A DNA stretch of 64,000 nt from Eledone cirrhosa. Taxonomy: Eukaryota. Below the pieces are notes generated by a model, which was not told where the DNA came from, searched no databases, and was given only the letters and a program-made list of their open reading frames with translations. The translations under genes and the position numbers were made by a program. The DNA lies in contig OZ024743.1 in NCBI GenBank assembly GCA_964016885.1, positions 197,966,001 through 198,030,000 of the forward strand, read 5' to 3'. Below, piece by piece: positions 28,440 through 41,488 of this stretch (its first letter is position 1; each line of letters opens with the position of its first letter).

Positions 28440-28860
28440 GAAAAGACGCATTCACCACAGAAACTAAATCCTGAAAATCTGGCATGCGATCACGGCACCA
28501 ATTCAACATATGTTGAATATGACTGTTCCGGATCAAAGCCATAAGAATATCCGGATACTGACTACTAAAGTCTTCCATGCCAAACAAACCACAAACATCA
28601 CTACTTGGAATATACAACCTTTCTATCAAAGCCGAAAGCTTGTCCTTGACGTTAAAAAAATGACCAAATACATACTGGGCTTGACCAAAATGTGATGGAC
28701 AGGGACTAGCAAGCTTAACCATAAAGAAATAACCATTAGGTCATGTAGAATATCACCGAATGGGTATTAGTATTCTACCGAGGAAAGAAGCTGCTGAAGC
28801 AGTCAATGGATTCATACCTATAAACAAAAGATCATAACATCCCGTTTACAGACCATCTTC
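28440..28860 (+). pseudogene. Degenerate LINE (RTE-like) APE endonuclease N-terminus
   Basis: NITTWNI..ILGLTKM*WTG resembles APE TWNV..LG.SE.RW.G motifs. Confidence 0.55.
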
Positions 28861-28972
28861 TTCTAATTGGTAAAATACAAGTGAAATTAAAAAAGCTTTC
28901 CCCCCAAAAGGGTCAACATCTACTCACTTCTTTTCAATCGTATCGAGAATGCAACAAGAATGCAAATTTTCT

Positions 28973-29078
28973 CGTGTCCGAAGGAACTTGCAGCCGTAGA
29001 ATCAGCCAGATCCATGCAGTTATCATGTCTCGAGCTACCTGCAGTTATCATGTCTGCCGGCGAAACAATTGTAACACG
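28973..29078 (+). ncRNA. HHR-like motif, CCGAAGG core, long domain II
   Basis: CGTGT-CCGAAGG..GGC-GAAA-CAATTG-TA-ACACG then AATAAA. Confidence 0.5.
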
Positions 29079-29225
29079 CAATAAACTAAGTCCAGATGCA
29101 TCACTGATTTTTCGTTTTATACTATCCACACTCTACTCTGTATGAATATTGAGTGCTAATTTTGGCATACCGCCTATGGAAGCACCATAGCTACCATTAT
29201 ACACAAGTATATATATATATGTATA

Positions 29226-29450
29226 AAGAAAGTGCTCAAGCGCAGAAATGCAATAAAGGGAGCTTATAAAATAGGATGAAGACCCTTATAAGATGAAAAA
29301 AGGCGTTGCCATCGACGGCTGTGAGAATCTGGGGGATGTGGGGTTCAAAACCTCAGAGTAGCCGTAAGCAACGTCTTTTTCCGCCTTTCAAGGGCGTTCA
29401 CCCTATTTTATAATCTATCTTTATAGCATTTCTGCGCTTGAGCACTTTTT
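29226..29450. repeat. Imperfect fold-back element; another arm copy at 50681-50770
   Basis: aagtgctcaagcgcagaaatgc / gcatttctgcgcttgagcactt arms. Confidence 0.75.
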
Positions 29451-30226
29451 TTAATACTTATGTAAATATATATACATATATACTTAGCACTTCGAAAACC
29501 GAAAATTTGGCTTCGTACATTGTGTATATATAGTCAAATTCCAATACAAATACATACATGCAGATGTTTCTATATATGCCTGTAGTAACCCACATTGAGC
29601 CGAATATGACTCAACTAGGGTTTATGGAGATATATATCTGGAATTTTTAAATTCTGTATAACATTTTTATGATTCAAAGGATGAAAATTTACATTTTTTT
29701 CTTTTCTTTACAACCGTGCCACCAGGGAGGTGGCCGGTAAAAAATGACAAAAAAAAACAAAAACAAAACAAACTCGAAATCAAGAGAAAGAGACAGAAGT
29801 TACACGAAACAGGGGAACGGAAGCTGGGGATGGGTGAGAAAACTTGACAAAGAATTGTTCGAAAAAGGAAATAAAAGAAATGTATCGAAATAATGTTGGG
29901 GCTAGAAGTAAAGATAAAATGTGGTGGGAGAGGAAAGTGATGTCTGTAGTGATTATAGAGCAAGACGATGAGGAAAGAAAGAGAGATAGACTGAAGATTA
30001 ACGTCTTAAGGGAATGGGAGCTATTCTACAGAGGAGAAGGGGAGACAAAGCTGCAAAACTAATTGTTATGCGATAAGTTTGACTATGTGCACACATACGC
30101 ACACACATACACACATATATATATATATGTATATATATATGTATATATATATATATACATATATGTAATTATATATATATATATATATATATATAGACAA
30201 ACATACATACATACATCCATTCATAC

Positions 30227-30288
<62 letters not shown>

Positions 30289-30693
30289 ATATATGTATAT
30301 ATATATATACACACGCAAGTAAATAGGCAAATAATGTATTGAAAGAGACAGAGTGGGTTAGAAAGATATACAGAGAAACCAGAATGGTGAGGAGGAGGTT
30401 AAAACAGAAGAAAGTGTGACACCAATGTCGTTAGACATTAGAATAAGAACTACATAAGAAAATAATATAATGTTTAGTGTTAGTGGTAGTGATGATTTCG
30501 AGGGTGATGGGAAGAGATAATGTGTAATAGATAGTTGCTCCTCAGAGATGAAAAGATAAGGAATGAGAGATGTCCCTTCCCATCTTCCAATAGAAAAACC
30601 AGTAGCAGAATTAAGGGGTGGGGTGTTTACAATTATTTGATATTAATTAGTTTATATTTGACAGACGTTGGTTGTTTTAGATTACAATGTCAA

Positions 30694-30990
30694 CACACAT
30701 CTACATATATCTATATAACATGTATAGAGACATACACCCACATTCTTATATCCATGGCCAGACACACACATTTAATACACATCTATATATATCTACATTA
30801 TATGCATATACATACACAGTCACATTCTTATATCAATGCCCAGACACCCACATTTAATACACATCTACATATATCTACATAACATGTATAGAGACACACA
30901 CATTCTGATTTCCATGTCCAGACACACATATTTAATACACATCTACATATACCTACATAACATGTATACACATACACACATTCTTATATA
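30694..30990. repeat. About 80-bp minisatellite, 3-4 copies
   Basis: Repeated ccagacac.cacatttaatacacatcta. Confidence 0.75.
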
Positions 30991-31103
30991 CATGCATAAT
31001 TACGCAAACATATACAAATGTTTCTTCGGATTTATTGAACTGTATGCATATATATATATGTATATTTTGATGTTTATATGACTTAGTATAAATACGTTAT
31101 ATG

Positions 31104-31491
31104 GCTGACTCCAAAATCAGTGTTTTGATAATTTGCCTGGTATAAACTGTATTTAAAACCGAATTTCACAATAACATTGTTGACAGCGATTTTAAGACGC
31201 AATTAATTACATACTAGGCAATGGAACATATGTTAATGCTGAAGTAAAATCCTTTTGCATAGCTTATCGTTGATAATCTTCATTCACTCGTTATATATAT
31301 ATAACGAGTGAATGAAGATTATCAACGATAAGCTATGCAAAAGGATTTTACTTCAGCATTAACATATGTTCCATTGCCTAGTATGTAATTAATTGCGTCT
31401 TAAAATCGCTGTCAACAATGTTATTGTGAAATTCGGTTTTAAATACAGTTTATACCAGGCAAATTATCAAAACACTGATTTTGGAGTCAGC
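31104..31491. repeat. 388-bp apparently perfect palindrome centred on (TA)n
   Basis: gctgactccaaaatc...cgttatatatatataacg...gattttggagtcagc; centre 31297/31298. Confidence 0.92.
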
Positions 31492-32477
31492 GATATATAT
31501 ATATTACATTATTTTTCTAATGACACCCCTCTAAATATATTTTTTTTTAAATGTAGATTGATAATCTTTAATTGACATTCTGAAAATGTATCCTCTTTAC
31601 GATAGTTCTTCGAAAAGCACATTACGTTTTTCCTCTCTTTTTGATATTCAAACATTCACACATCTTTCGACTAAAATAATTAATCTCACACAAAATAATA
31701 TATAATTTTCCCTATATATTTTTGAGTAAATAACTCATCAAATTTAACGGTTAACAAATAAAATTGGAGTTATCTTTCCTTTCTCAATCGTGCAAACACA
31801 AACATATTATGTATGATAATCTATATAACTTCGCTAAATTAACAATATTCTGAAAACAGTTTCAATGTTGAACAAAATATTCGAATCTACAAATTGTTCT
31901 CCTCTCACATCTTGAAACACCTATTTGTTTATGTAAAATACAAAATCAACATCCTTCGTAACTCATATTAGAAATATAAACAACTAATAATTGTAAATTA
32001 TTTCTATTTCTATAATACTAATACATACGCAATTATTAATCTATATAGATATTTATATACATATAACCTATTGTAATGTAATAAGATAAAAATACTTACA
32101 AACATAATTCTTCATATAATCTAATTGAATATATATATAATATTATAACTCATAATATAGGTAAATAAATTTAAATTTAAACTCTGGAATCATATTCCAC
32201 CTTTTCCCCCAAATTAACGTAAATACAAGCTCTTCTTCCTTTTTCTTCTTTCCTACGCATACAAACACATATCAGAATTATTAAAATTCTCCATAGCGTC
32301 AAAAATAACGTTTTTTCAGCACTTTACCTCAAGCTCATTTGCATACTCATTTGCATACTCATCTTAACAATTTGAAATATCTGATTTTTCTTCTCTTATC
32401 CCTTCACTATCCAAGGAAAACTTGAACCGTTAAGGTATTTTCCTTGGTTATGTCAAAATTTATAAAACACACTTCGT

Positions 32478-32536
32478 ATTTTATCTGATGAAAGCTTACC
32501 AAAGATTTGGTACCCTTGAAATATATATAATAGAAT
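32478..32536 (+). ncRNA. HHR motif at a pLTR-like end upstream of (AT)n
   Basis: ATTTTAT-CTGATGA-AAG..TACCAAA ga TTTGGTA..CTT-GAAA-TATATA-TA-ATAGAAT. Confidence 0.75.
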
Positions 32537-32576
32537 AAATATGGTTTTATAAATATAGTTACCATTTATTTAATAT

Positions 32577-32661
<85 letters not shown>

Positions 32662-32670
32662 TATATATAT

Positions 32671-32850
32671 AAATGGTTTCTACGGGACTAGAACTGTTTA
32701 ATTCGGGAGAAATCACCCGGAAGCCCTGATGATTTCTCCCGAATGAAACAGATCTAGTCCTGTAGAAGCCATTTCTATATTAAATATTTATACTCTGCTA
32801 TGTATTGAGTACATTACATACTGTAGTTACCTCCGATTGAACCCGGGATA
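32671..32850. mobile_element. Fold-back pLTR (family H), HHR core at 32726
   Basis: Homologous to 28134-28311. Confidence 0.8.
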
Positions 32851-34001
32851 TGTATATATATATATATATATATATTTGTGCGTGCAGGTTTGTGTGTATG
32901 TGTGTGTGTGTGTATCGTTCAAGAATAGACAAGACAAACACAGAGAATCAAAAATCAATATCGACTATGCATATTAGTTGTTACTATAAAACAATATCCA
33001 TAACATCACAGATATTATCATAATAGAAAAGATGTTAATATCTACCACAGATTAGCAGTTCAGAATACACCTCTAGAGGCTGTAATTGTTGATGCTCAAT
33101 CGAAAACCTCTGTATGAAAATTTTTCACGTTTTTAGGGCATACAAATAATCATATGAAATGCTGTCTAGTCTGTTGCAAGATGCCAGTGTACGATTCGAG
33201 AATTTTTGTCCAACAGTTCTCTTCGTTAGACATAAGTTATGGTAGATTTTGGATTTTCTCGTAGCTCTGTCTGAAGAGAAGGCACGTGGCCTAGTGTGTT
33301 TCGATTGTTGGACCGGGTAGTGCGTTGTGTTTTCGTGCTTGATGATTTGTACTGTTCTATAATATAAAAGTACTGATTCTTTCATAAACTGATTTGTTTT
33401 GGTGTAAAACGTAAACAAAACTTATAATATTGCGGTAGTTGAGCTAGCTTTCGAGATCAAATCACGCAAAATCAACTTTTACTTGCATCCTCCTGGTGTT
33501 GAGTAATAGGGTTGGTTAAATCAATTTACCCTTCCCAAAAATTTGCTGGTTTTATCCTTAAATTTGAAATCAATATTTACCAAGGCGAAGGTATATTTAC
33601 GTGATCTTGTTCTCATCGTCTAAAAACATAAGTCACGCTTCATACACACTTAGAAATTTCCAACAGGGAAGATCAGTTAAGTGTATCTCTATTTGGAGAG
33701 AGTTTGTCTTTCAAGAGCTCTAGTTGAGAAAGTCATTTGTAACACGATGATGGCAATGTTCTATTAGGCTGATATATATAGAGAAAAGGGGAGTTAAAGA
33801 AGACAGACAGAGAAAGAGAAGAAAGGGAGACGAATAGACAACCGGCCAAAGACAAATAATACATACATATATATGCTATCTCTCTCTCTACCTTTCTCCA
33901 CACACGCACACACACACATACACACACATATACATAAATATATACATACATATGCGTCTGTGTGTGTGTATATATGTACATATATATGTATCATATATAT
34001 T

Positions 34002-34046
<45 letters not shown>

Positions 34047-34229
34047 AAATCCATCTTGTTGCGTGGTTCATATGCTCGTATCTTTAGAGTGTTCAACATG
34101 CTGGTCTAAAGGAAGCTTCAAATAAATTGTATCCTGAGTTTGGTTCTAGCTGTGGTAGACATGTTTCAGAGAGAGAGAGAGAGAGGGGGGGAGAAAGATA
34201 GATAGATAGATAGATAAGAGAGTGAGAGA

Positions 34230-34305
34230 GATTATTGATTATTTAATTAATTCGTCATTGAGCCACGGTGTGGCTCAATGACGAATTAATTAAAAATCAA
34301 TAATC
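34230..34305. repeat. Short near-perfect hairpin
   Basis: taattaattcgtcattgagccac ggt gtggctcaatgacgaattaatta. Confidence 0.85.
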
Positions 34306-34551
34306 AGAGCAATATATAAAATTGTAAGTCCAAAGAATCATTATATAAAATATATACAGTATTTCCTCTCCCAATCAGTATAAATCAACCACACAAAAAA
34401 ATCATTTAAAGGCTATAAGTTTAGAGGCCATAAGTTTAAAATGTACTTATGAAGAAATAATAGACAAATGATAAAGCTTCTTTTCCACGATGTACGGCCA
34501 TATGATATTTACCTAATATTACTTTTAGCCTGTAGAAATTGACTAAACACA

Positions 34552-34591
<40 letters not shown>

Positions 34592-34599
<8 letters not shown>

Positions 34600-34712
34600 G
34601 TAAAGTTTAAGCCAAGAATCGCTGCCTTCACCCTTTTACGGGATCTTCTGATTACAGAGGATCCCGTAAAAGGGCGAAGCACCGATTCTTTGCTTAAACT
34701 TTAATCTGTATA
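34592..34712. mobile_element. Fold-back pLTR fragment in (AT)n, same family as 41597-41652
   Basis: atcgctgccttcacccttttacgggatc arms; matches the inverted segment upstream of the 41.7 kb PLE. Confidence 0.75.
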
Positions 34713-34769
<57 letters not shown>

Positions 34770-35137
34770 GTACACGTAAATTTACACACAATTCATGCGT
34801 ATGGCGCATGGCTATTTAGTTACTGACACTCACGCACATATACATATACACTAAGATTTATATATATATGAAAATAATATACACATGCGTATATATATAT
34901 ATATATATATACACACTTATATATACACATACACACGTATACACACTTATATATATATATATACTATAAAGTATGTCCATAGAATCATTTGATAATATAT
35001 ATACACCATTTCCTCTCCCAGTATATATATATATATATAAGTGTATATAATTTATAAATATATATAATATGTATATATGTATGTATATATATATATGTGT
35101 GTGTGTATATATATATATATGTACATATATATATATG

Positions 35138-35236
<99 letters not shown>

Positions 35237-35312
35237 CGAAGGAAATGTGGTAAGGAACCAGGTGGACCATAACGCACCAAAGTACTCAATACTTGAGGTA
35301 GTAGAGTGGGTA

Positions 35313-35403
35313 ATAGGAACCAGTAAAACCCCGACAGCTGAGCTCAAGCCGATTCGACGGCTAATTCTGGACGACTAAAAAATGGGGTCTTACTGGTTCC
35401 TAT
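35313..35403. repeat. Small fold-back element related to 47541-47646
   Basis: ataggaaccagtaa/ttactggttcctat ends; shared ccccgac.gctgagctc. Confidence 0.65.
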
Positions 35404-35557
35404 ATATATATATATATATATACAATTAAGTTAAAAATCAGTCATACAAAAGTGAGTTACAAACGAAACGAAATTTAATTTCGTTTCGTTATTTGTTTTT
35501 ATATATATATATATATATACATATATATGTATATATGTATATATGTATATATATGTA

Positions 35558-35597
<40 letters not shown>

Positions 35598-35799
35598 TAC
35601 ATATATACACACATATGCGCACATCTATAGACATAGATAGACGACAGATTAACAATAAAGATATGTATATTCTTAAGCTGACAACAGTGAAATAACAGAC
35701 GCTATTGTTGTTATTCTTGTTGGCGTTACTGCTGTTTGTCATAATAGCCATCCCTGTGAAATACCAACCCTCATAGTTGACACATCTCGCCTGCCTCCT

Positions 35800-35831
35800 G
35801 CCACCCCATCACCACCAACACCATCACCACC

Positions 35832-35863
<32 letters not shown>

Positions 35864-36430
35864 CAATAACGACAACGTCACCGCCGCAACCGTCACCACC
35901 GTCACCGCCAACATCACCACCAACACAACTCTACATCACGAACCCCATGAAGCATCACCGCTGCCGCCACTACAGACATCACCATCACCACCACCACCAC
36001 CACCACCACCACCACCACCACGGGCCTCAACACTCGCACCCGCACCCACCACCAACGACACCATCATCACTGGCAACACCACGGCGGGCTCCACCACTCG
36101 CACCAGCACCAGAAAAAGCAGCATCATCGCCACCGCCACCGCCACCACCACCACCATGAGCACCACCACTCCCACCGGCACCACCACCACCACCACCGCC
36201 TCCGCCATGGGCACTACTACCACCACCACTCTCCCCGACACTACTAGCAGAAGCAGCACCACCACTACAACCACCACCATAGATCCCACCAATCTCCGCG
36301 ACACTACTAGCAACAGTAGCACCACCACCACCACTACCACCAACACTACCCCCACCTCCACGGCACAATCATCACCAGCACTATTACCACCACGGGTACC
36401 ACCACCACCACCAACACCGGCACCACCCTG
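35800..36430. repeat. (CAC)n-derived low-complexity tract
   Basis: Direct reading. Confidence 0.85.
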
Positions 36431-37666
36431 TTACACCTCAGTACCCAGCAATTCTCTTTGATAACAAAATATCAGAGCACAATAACATGACCTTCACTGT
36501 ACACATCCCATCAAGTATAACAACAGAAACAACATCAAGAACAGCAACAACAAACCACATCTACAATAGCTCAACTCGTTCTTTCTCTCCGCCCCCCCCC
36601 TCTCTCTCTTGCTCCCTATCTCTCTCTCTATCTGTTACACTAACACACTTTCACCCCTACTCTCCTGTATGTAGTCTTCCTATCTACCATGTCACCGAAT
36701 AATGTCAACACGTTATGCACTGTTTCAACGCGTACTCATCACCCTGATGCAAAAGAAAGAACAGAAGAAAGGAAGGAAGGAAGGAAGAAAGACAAAAAGA
36801 AAGAAAGAATGAAAACAAGTTAAAGAAACAGATGGAAAAACAAAGAACAGCACCACCACCAACAACATCAACGATACTAAACCGAAGCCGAAGAGCAAGA
36901 AAAAAAAAAATGATATTTTATCCTATCTCTCCTCATTCTTTTCCCTATTCACACCTAATTCATTGTCTTCCCCTTTCCAAATTTATCCTCTTTTTTTCTT
37001 GTACTATTTTTGTCATTTTATCAACGTTTTTTTTAATATATATTTCTATTCCAAGCCAACCTAATTCTTGTTATTGTTTCTCATACCACCCGCCTGCCCG
37101 GCCATGCCCGGCCCTCACCATCATCTCTGACCCACGTCACTCCACCGTCCTATCAGCTCCTCCTGCTCCCCCTGCTCCCCCTCCTCCTCTTCATCCACAT
37201 CCTCCTCCTTCTCCGCCTTCTCCACTACTACCAACACCATCATTCCATTGCCGTTGAAAACGTTTAAATTAACTCACAGATTAATAGTGTTTTCATCTTA
37301 TCTTGGTGTGTCTGCTTTGTTGGTCGCCTTTTTAAATGAGATAGCAGCAGATAAGTGATAAGTTACAGTTAATGACATCTGCGAGCCTTGTTTGTTTGGA
37401 GCTTTGTTGTCTACACAGGAATTTTTTGCATCGACTAAATTTAGAAAGAAAACAAACAAAAACAACATACAGAAAAACAAAGGAACAACAACAATGCAAA
37501 AAAAAAAAATATTTATCCTTTCATTTATTTGCCACAAGAGTTCATAAAAGTCCTTACAAGATACGAAGTGATTTTCACACACACACAGACACACATACAC
37601 AGACACACAGACACACACACACATACGCACATACACAGACACACACACACATACACACAGACACAT

Positions 37667-37698
<32 letters not shown>

Positions 37699-37931
37699 TA
37701 ACTGAGGAAGAAAAAAACGCTATATAATATATATTACGATACTTAAGAAATGCATGTCAAATACGAGTAATAGATATATATATAGAGAGATTTTTCTCCT
37801 CATGCCTGAACGAAGGGCATGTTTAAAAGTGTCTCCTTCATTATATAGTGGTGGCCATGGCTAGACCCCGAAACCAATGGTAACACATACATGTTAAGTG
37901 TATGGAACTTTGTTTATATTATATATATAAA

Positions 37932-38555
37932 CTAGCCGAATTACCATTTTTTGTAAGAAAATGATGATTGATTTTAAATCAGTGATATAATTTATGGGGA
38001 AAAACTCTGCATTTCAATATTACTCAATGTAAGATGTAATACATGAAAAATTGGAAAACATTATTTTTTGTAATATATCAAATCAAAATTACATCATTAA
38101 ATCTTATTTTGTTTCTTGTAAATAATTTTTTTGAAAATATGAATTCAAAACTTTTGTGAATAGGCATCATGTGTTGTCATTTACATAAGGTTTAAATTTC
38201 ATATAAATCGAAGGGAAATAATTTTCAGCGGGGGTTGTGCCTCCAGCAAACCCTAATAGGAGGTTTAACCCCCATTAGGATGTCTTAACATTATTGAAAT
38301 TTGCTGACATTTTGTGAATAGGCATCATATCTTGTCTTTTACCAATGGTTTAAATTTCATATAAAACGAAGGGAAAACATTTTCAGTGGGGGTTTGTGCT
38401 CCCGGGGACCCTTTGATTAAAATGAAATAGACTTATCCAAGTACCCTGTACTTTCAGAATATATATGGTTATGGGGGTCCATCTCCAAAACCATAGGAGT
38501 AGTTCGTGAACAAACAAACAAACAGACAGGAATACAACTTTATATATATATAAGA
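37932..38555 (-). mobile_element. Probable non-autonomous Helitron (Lep1-like organisation)
   Basis: Minus strand starts TC-TTATATATATATAAAG, then (GTTT)n, has an internal duplication (38152-38240 / 38310-38400) and ends CTAG before T. Confidence 0.6.
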
Positions 38556-39287
38556 AGTGAGAGAGGGGGAGTAGCAGAGAGTGAGTGAGTGAAATTGTAT
38601 GAGGAAGAGGCCAGCCGAGAGAGTTTGTGGCCAGCAGAGGGGGTGAAAGAAAGCAAGAGGTACAAGGAGAGAGAAGGGGGAGAGAGAAAGAGGATAGCAG
38701 TAAGGTGATAGAAAAAATATCAACCACAGCAAGTGGAAAAAAATGATATGAGAATGAAAAAATGGCGTGCTGCGTTCATTTTTTCATTCACATATCATTT
38801 TTTCCCCTTGCTGTGGTTCGTATTTTTTCTATCACCTTACTGCTATCCTCTTTCTCTCTCCCCCTTCTCTCTCCTTGTACCTCTTGCTTTCTTTCACCCC
38901 CTCTGCTAGCCTCTTCCTCACGCACTTTCACTCACTCACTCTCTGCTACTCCCCCTCTCTCACTTCTTCCCGTCTGACTTGTGTGAAATCCTTTTCTCTC
39001 TCACTTTTCGCGTGGTTCAGACGTGTCTGCCTCTTCTCGTCGATTGATTTGTTCGGACTTAAGTCCACGAGATTCATTGACTTGTCTCTCTTTTCCTATC
39101 TTTACGTTGCATTACTACCATGTTGTTTGTTTACTTTCCTCTTTCAATTCGCTCTGTCCCGATAACTTATTTTAGTTATCGCTCGCTCTGATTTTGAGGT
39201 ATCTGTTCTTTAATGCGAAGAAATACCAATGATAATCAGCAGACTACTGATGTTTGACAGTCCTGTTTCTCTGTCTATTTTCATTCA
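38553..39287. mobile_element. Element with about 200-bp inverted arms (38553-38968) continuing to a GAAATACCAATG-type end at (AT)n
   Basis: GA-rich and CT-rich arms are reverse complements; 39118-39232 resembles 13482-13597. Confidence 0.7.
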
Positions 39288-39302
39288 TATATATATATAT
39301 AT

Positions 39303-39530
39303 ATAAATGTAAGTATGTATGTATACGTACATACATATATGTATACAGACGTACAGTAGTATGTATATATATACATACATGCACACATATATATATATAT
39401 GTACGTATCTGTTTACCGAACATTTATTATAATGCTCGGTTTGTTTGTAAACGTATACATACATACATACTTACATTTAAGTAACTGCCGTACTAAGAGT
39501 GAGAAATGAAATTTCGTTTCATTCTATTCC

Positions 39531-39535
<5 letters not shown>
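39303..39535. mobile_element. Third, short head-to-head remnant of the 466-bp family (no HHR retained)
   Basis: Matches 5252-5462 forward and 6378-6462; (AT)n flanks. Confidence 0.85.
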
Positions 39536-39600
<65 letters not shown>

Positions 39601-40170
39601 TGAGAGAGAGATAGACACACACACACACACACACATACACACACACACAAACATATGTACAGATACACACACATACACGGAAATACGTGTACACACACAT
39701 ATCTATATATGTATATGGGCAACCCATTATAGCGACAGACTATTGAGAAAACCACCAACGTTATATCAGTGTATTCCCCGAAATCAACCAGCTTTTGGTA
39801 TCGTATTAATATGTAATACTTCTGAAGTGCCCATGAACATCTTTCTTGTCGGACCAGATGACAAGGATCTCACTTCCACAGGGTAGTTGCACTTTAGCTA
39901 TGTATAGACCCCTAATCAGCAATCTATTATTCAAATTTTCCAAAATTCGTTCCATATCTCTTCTTTTATATATATATATATATATACTGGTATACATCTG
40001 TTTGTGGTTGGACCGATAACGTTGTTCGAACTCAATGCAGCCTTGAAGAGATAGTTTCAACGAGATTAGGCTGTGGGAACTATAGGTTGTGCAATAAGCG
40101 CTCATCGCATAAGGTTCCATCGAAGATCTACTTTCTACTCGAACTACAGTTTAATTTCTCTCTCTCTCTC

Positions 40171-40271
<101 letters not shown>

Positions 40272-40442
40272 ATAAGAATAATTATATTTATATATGTTTC
40301 ATACAACTATAAATATGGAAGGTAGTATTAAGTACTAGCCGGGTACCGGTATAATAAAAGGCTCAATGCAAATTTTCAAGTGTTTTACAGAGCCGAGATA
40401 CAAAGTGTTAAAACGATCAAATTTTAGTTTAGAACATTTATT

Positions 40443-40489
40443 TGCTGACAATTGTTTCTTCCAGAGAGAAGTCTGGGTTCATCGGAGCA
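40443..40489 (-). ncRNA. HHR-like motif, U4C core
   Basis: TGCT-CCGATGA-acCCAGA cttctc TCTGGaa-GAAA-CAATTG-TC-AGCA then AATAAA. Confidence 0.6.
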
Positions 40490-41256
40490 TAAGGAATGTC
40501 GAAACAAGTTACTAAAATCCTAGTCATTTAGAACATTTAAGGTACATAATTGTTGTTAGTGTCATAGGCATCATGTGGAGAGTCAGGAGTTAAAAAGATG
40601 TGCAGCTTGAAAGAACACAATTACAGGCAGCACTGGTTGAAAGTGATAAGTAAAAAGCACAAGCAAAAAAATACAGGCAAAGAAGTTATAAGCTAGTAAA
40701 ATTGGTGTACAATGCAGGAGTCAATACAGTCAATAAGGCATGTATGAGGAAAGAGTTATAATGGAGTTGAAATAAACATATTATGTGTGGGGTGTTAAAG
40801 CATGTTACAATTGTTATAAATGTTTAAGATTGTGTGCAATTTGTTAGAGAGGCATGTGGTGATAATGTGGGTATTTGTTATATAAGGTGTAATGCAAAGC
40901 ACGTGATAGAGTTGGATATGTGATTTTCATTTAAGTGTTTCTGTGTTGTAGTTCGTATTTATGTGTATGTGTTGTTTGTTACTCACAGCTATTAACCATG
41001 GGATTATTTTGAGTCATTTATAGCCAATAGGTGTTTGTTTGTTAAATGTAAATTCCACCGAATTACTGGCCATGTTGTTATTGTAGGTATATTATCTTAT
41101 GCATTTTTTATCTACAAATTATCTTTTCTATGGTTTGTATTAACCGTTATTAGGCTGTTGGTAAACCTTTAGGTTGCTTAATTTATTTTTTGCAATTTTC
41201 AACTGTGAAAAGTGGTGACAGTTGAAAATTGCAAACTTGATTGTCAGCACTGAATA

Positions 41257-41295
41257 TGAACCTGAAGATTGCGAAAGCATGAAAGTACTTGTTCA
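41257..41295 (+). ncRNA. HHR motif in pLTR family C (element 41190-41435)
   Basis: TGAAC-CTGAAGA-tTGC gaaa GCAt-GAAA-GTAC-TT-GTTCA. Confidence 0.8.
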
Positions 41296-41435
41296 ATTAA
41301 CATTTAACATTTAATATTCTACCATACTATTTCATTATAATATCATTATAATTTTAAAGGATTGTAAATAAAACGAGTAAATCAGACAAAGTTGGAATTC
41401 CTTTTATTAATATAATCTTCTATACAAAATCATAC

Positions 41436-41483
<48 letters not shown>

Positions 41484-41488
<5 letters not shown>

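Noticed and set aside
35936-36461. Poly-His/Pro/Thr/Gly ORFs as a transcription-factor or mucin exon
   Set aside because: Open in several frames because of (CAC)n; no domain or splice evidence
37829-37886. GTGT...GAAA-CCAATGG-TA-ACAC hammerhead
   Set aside because: Stems I and III are present but there is no CUGANGA-like core
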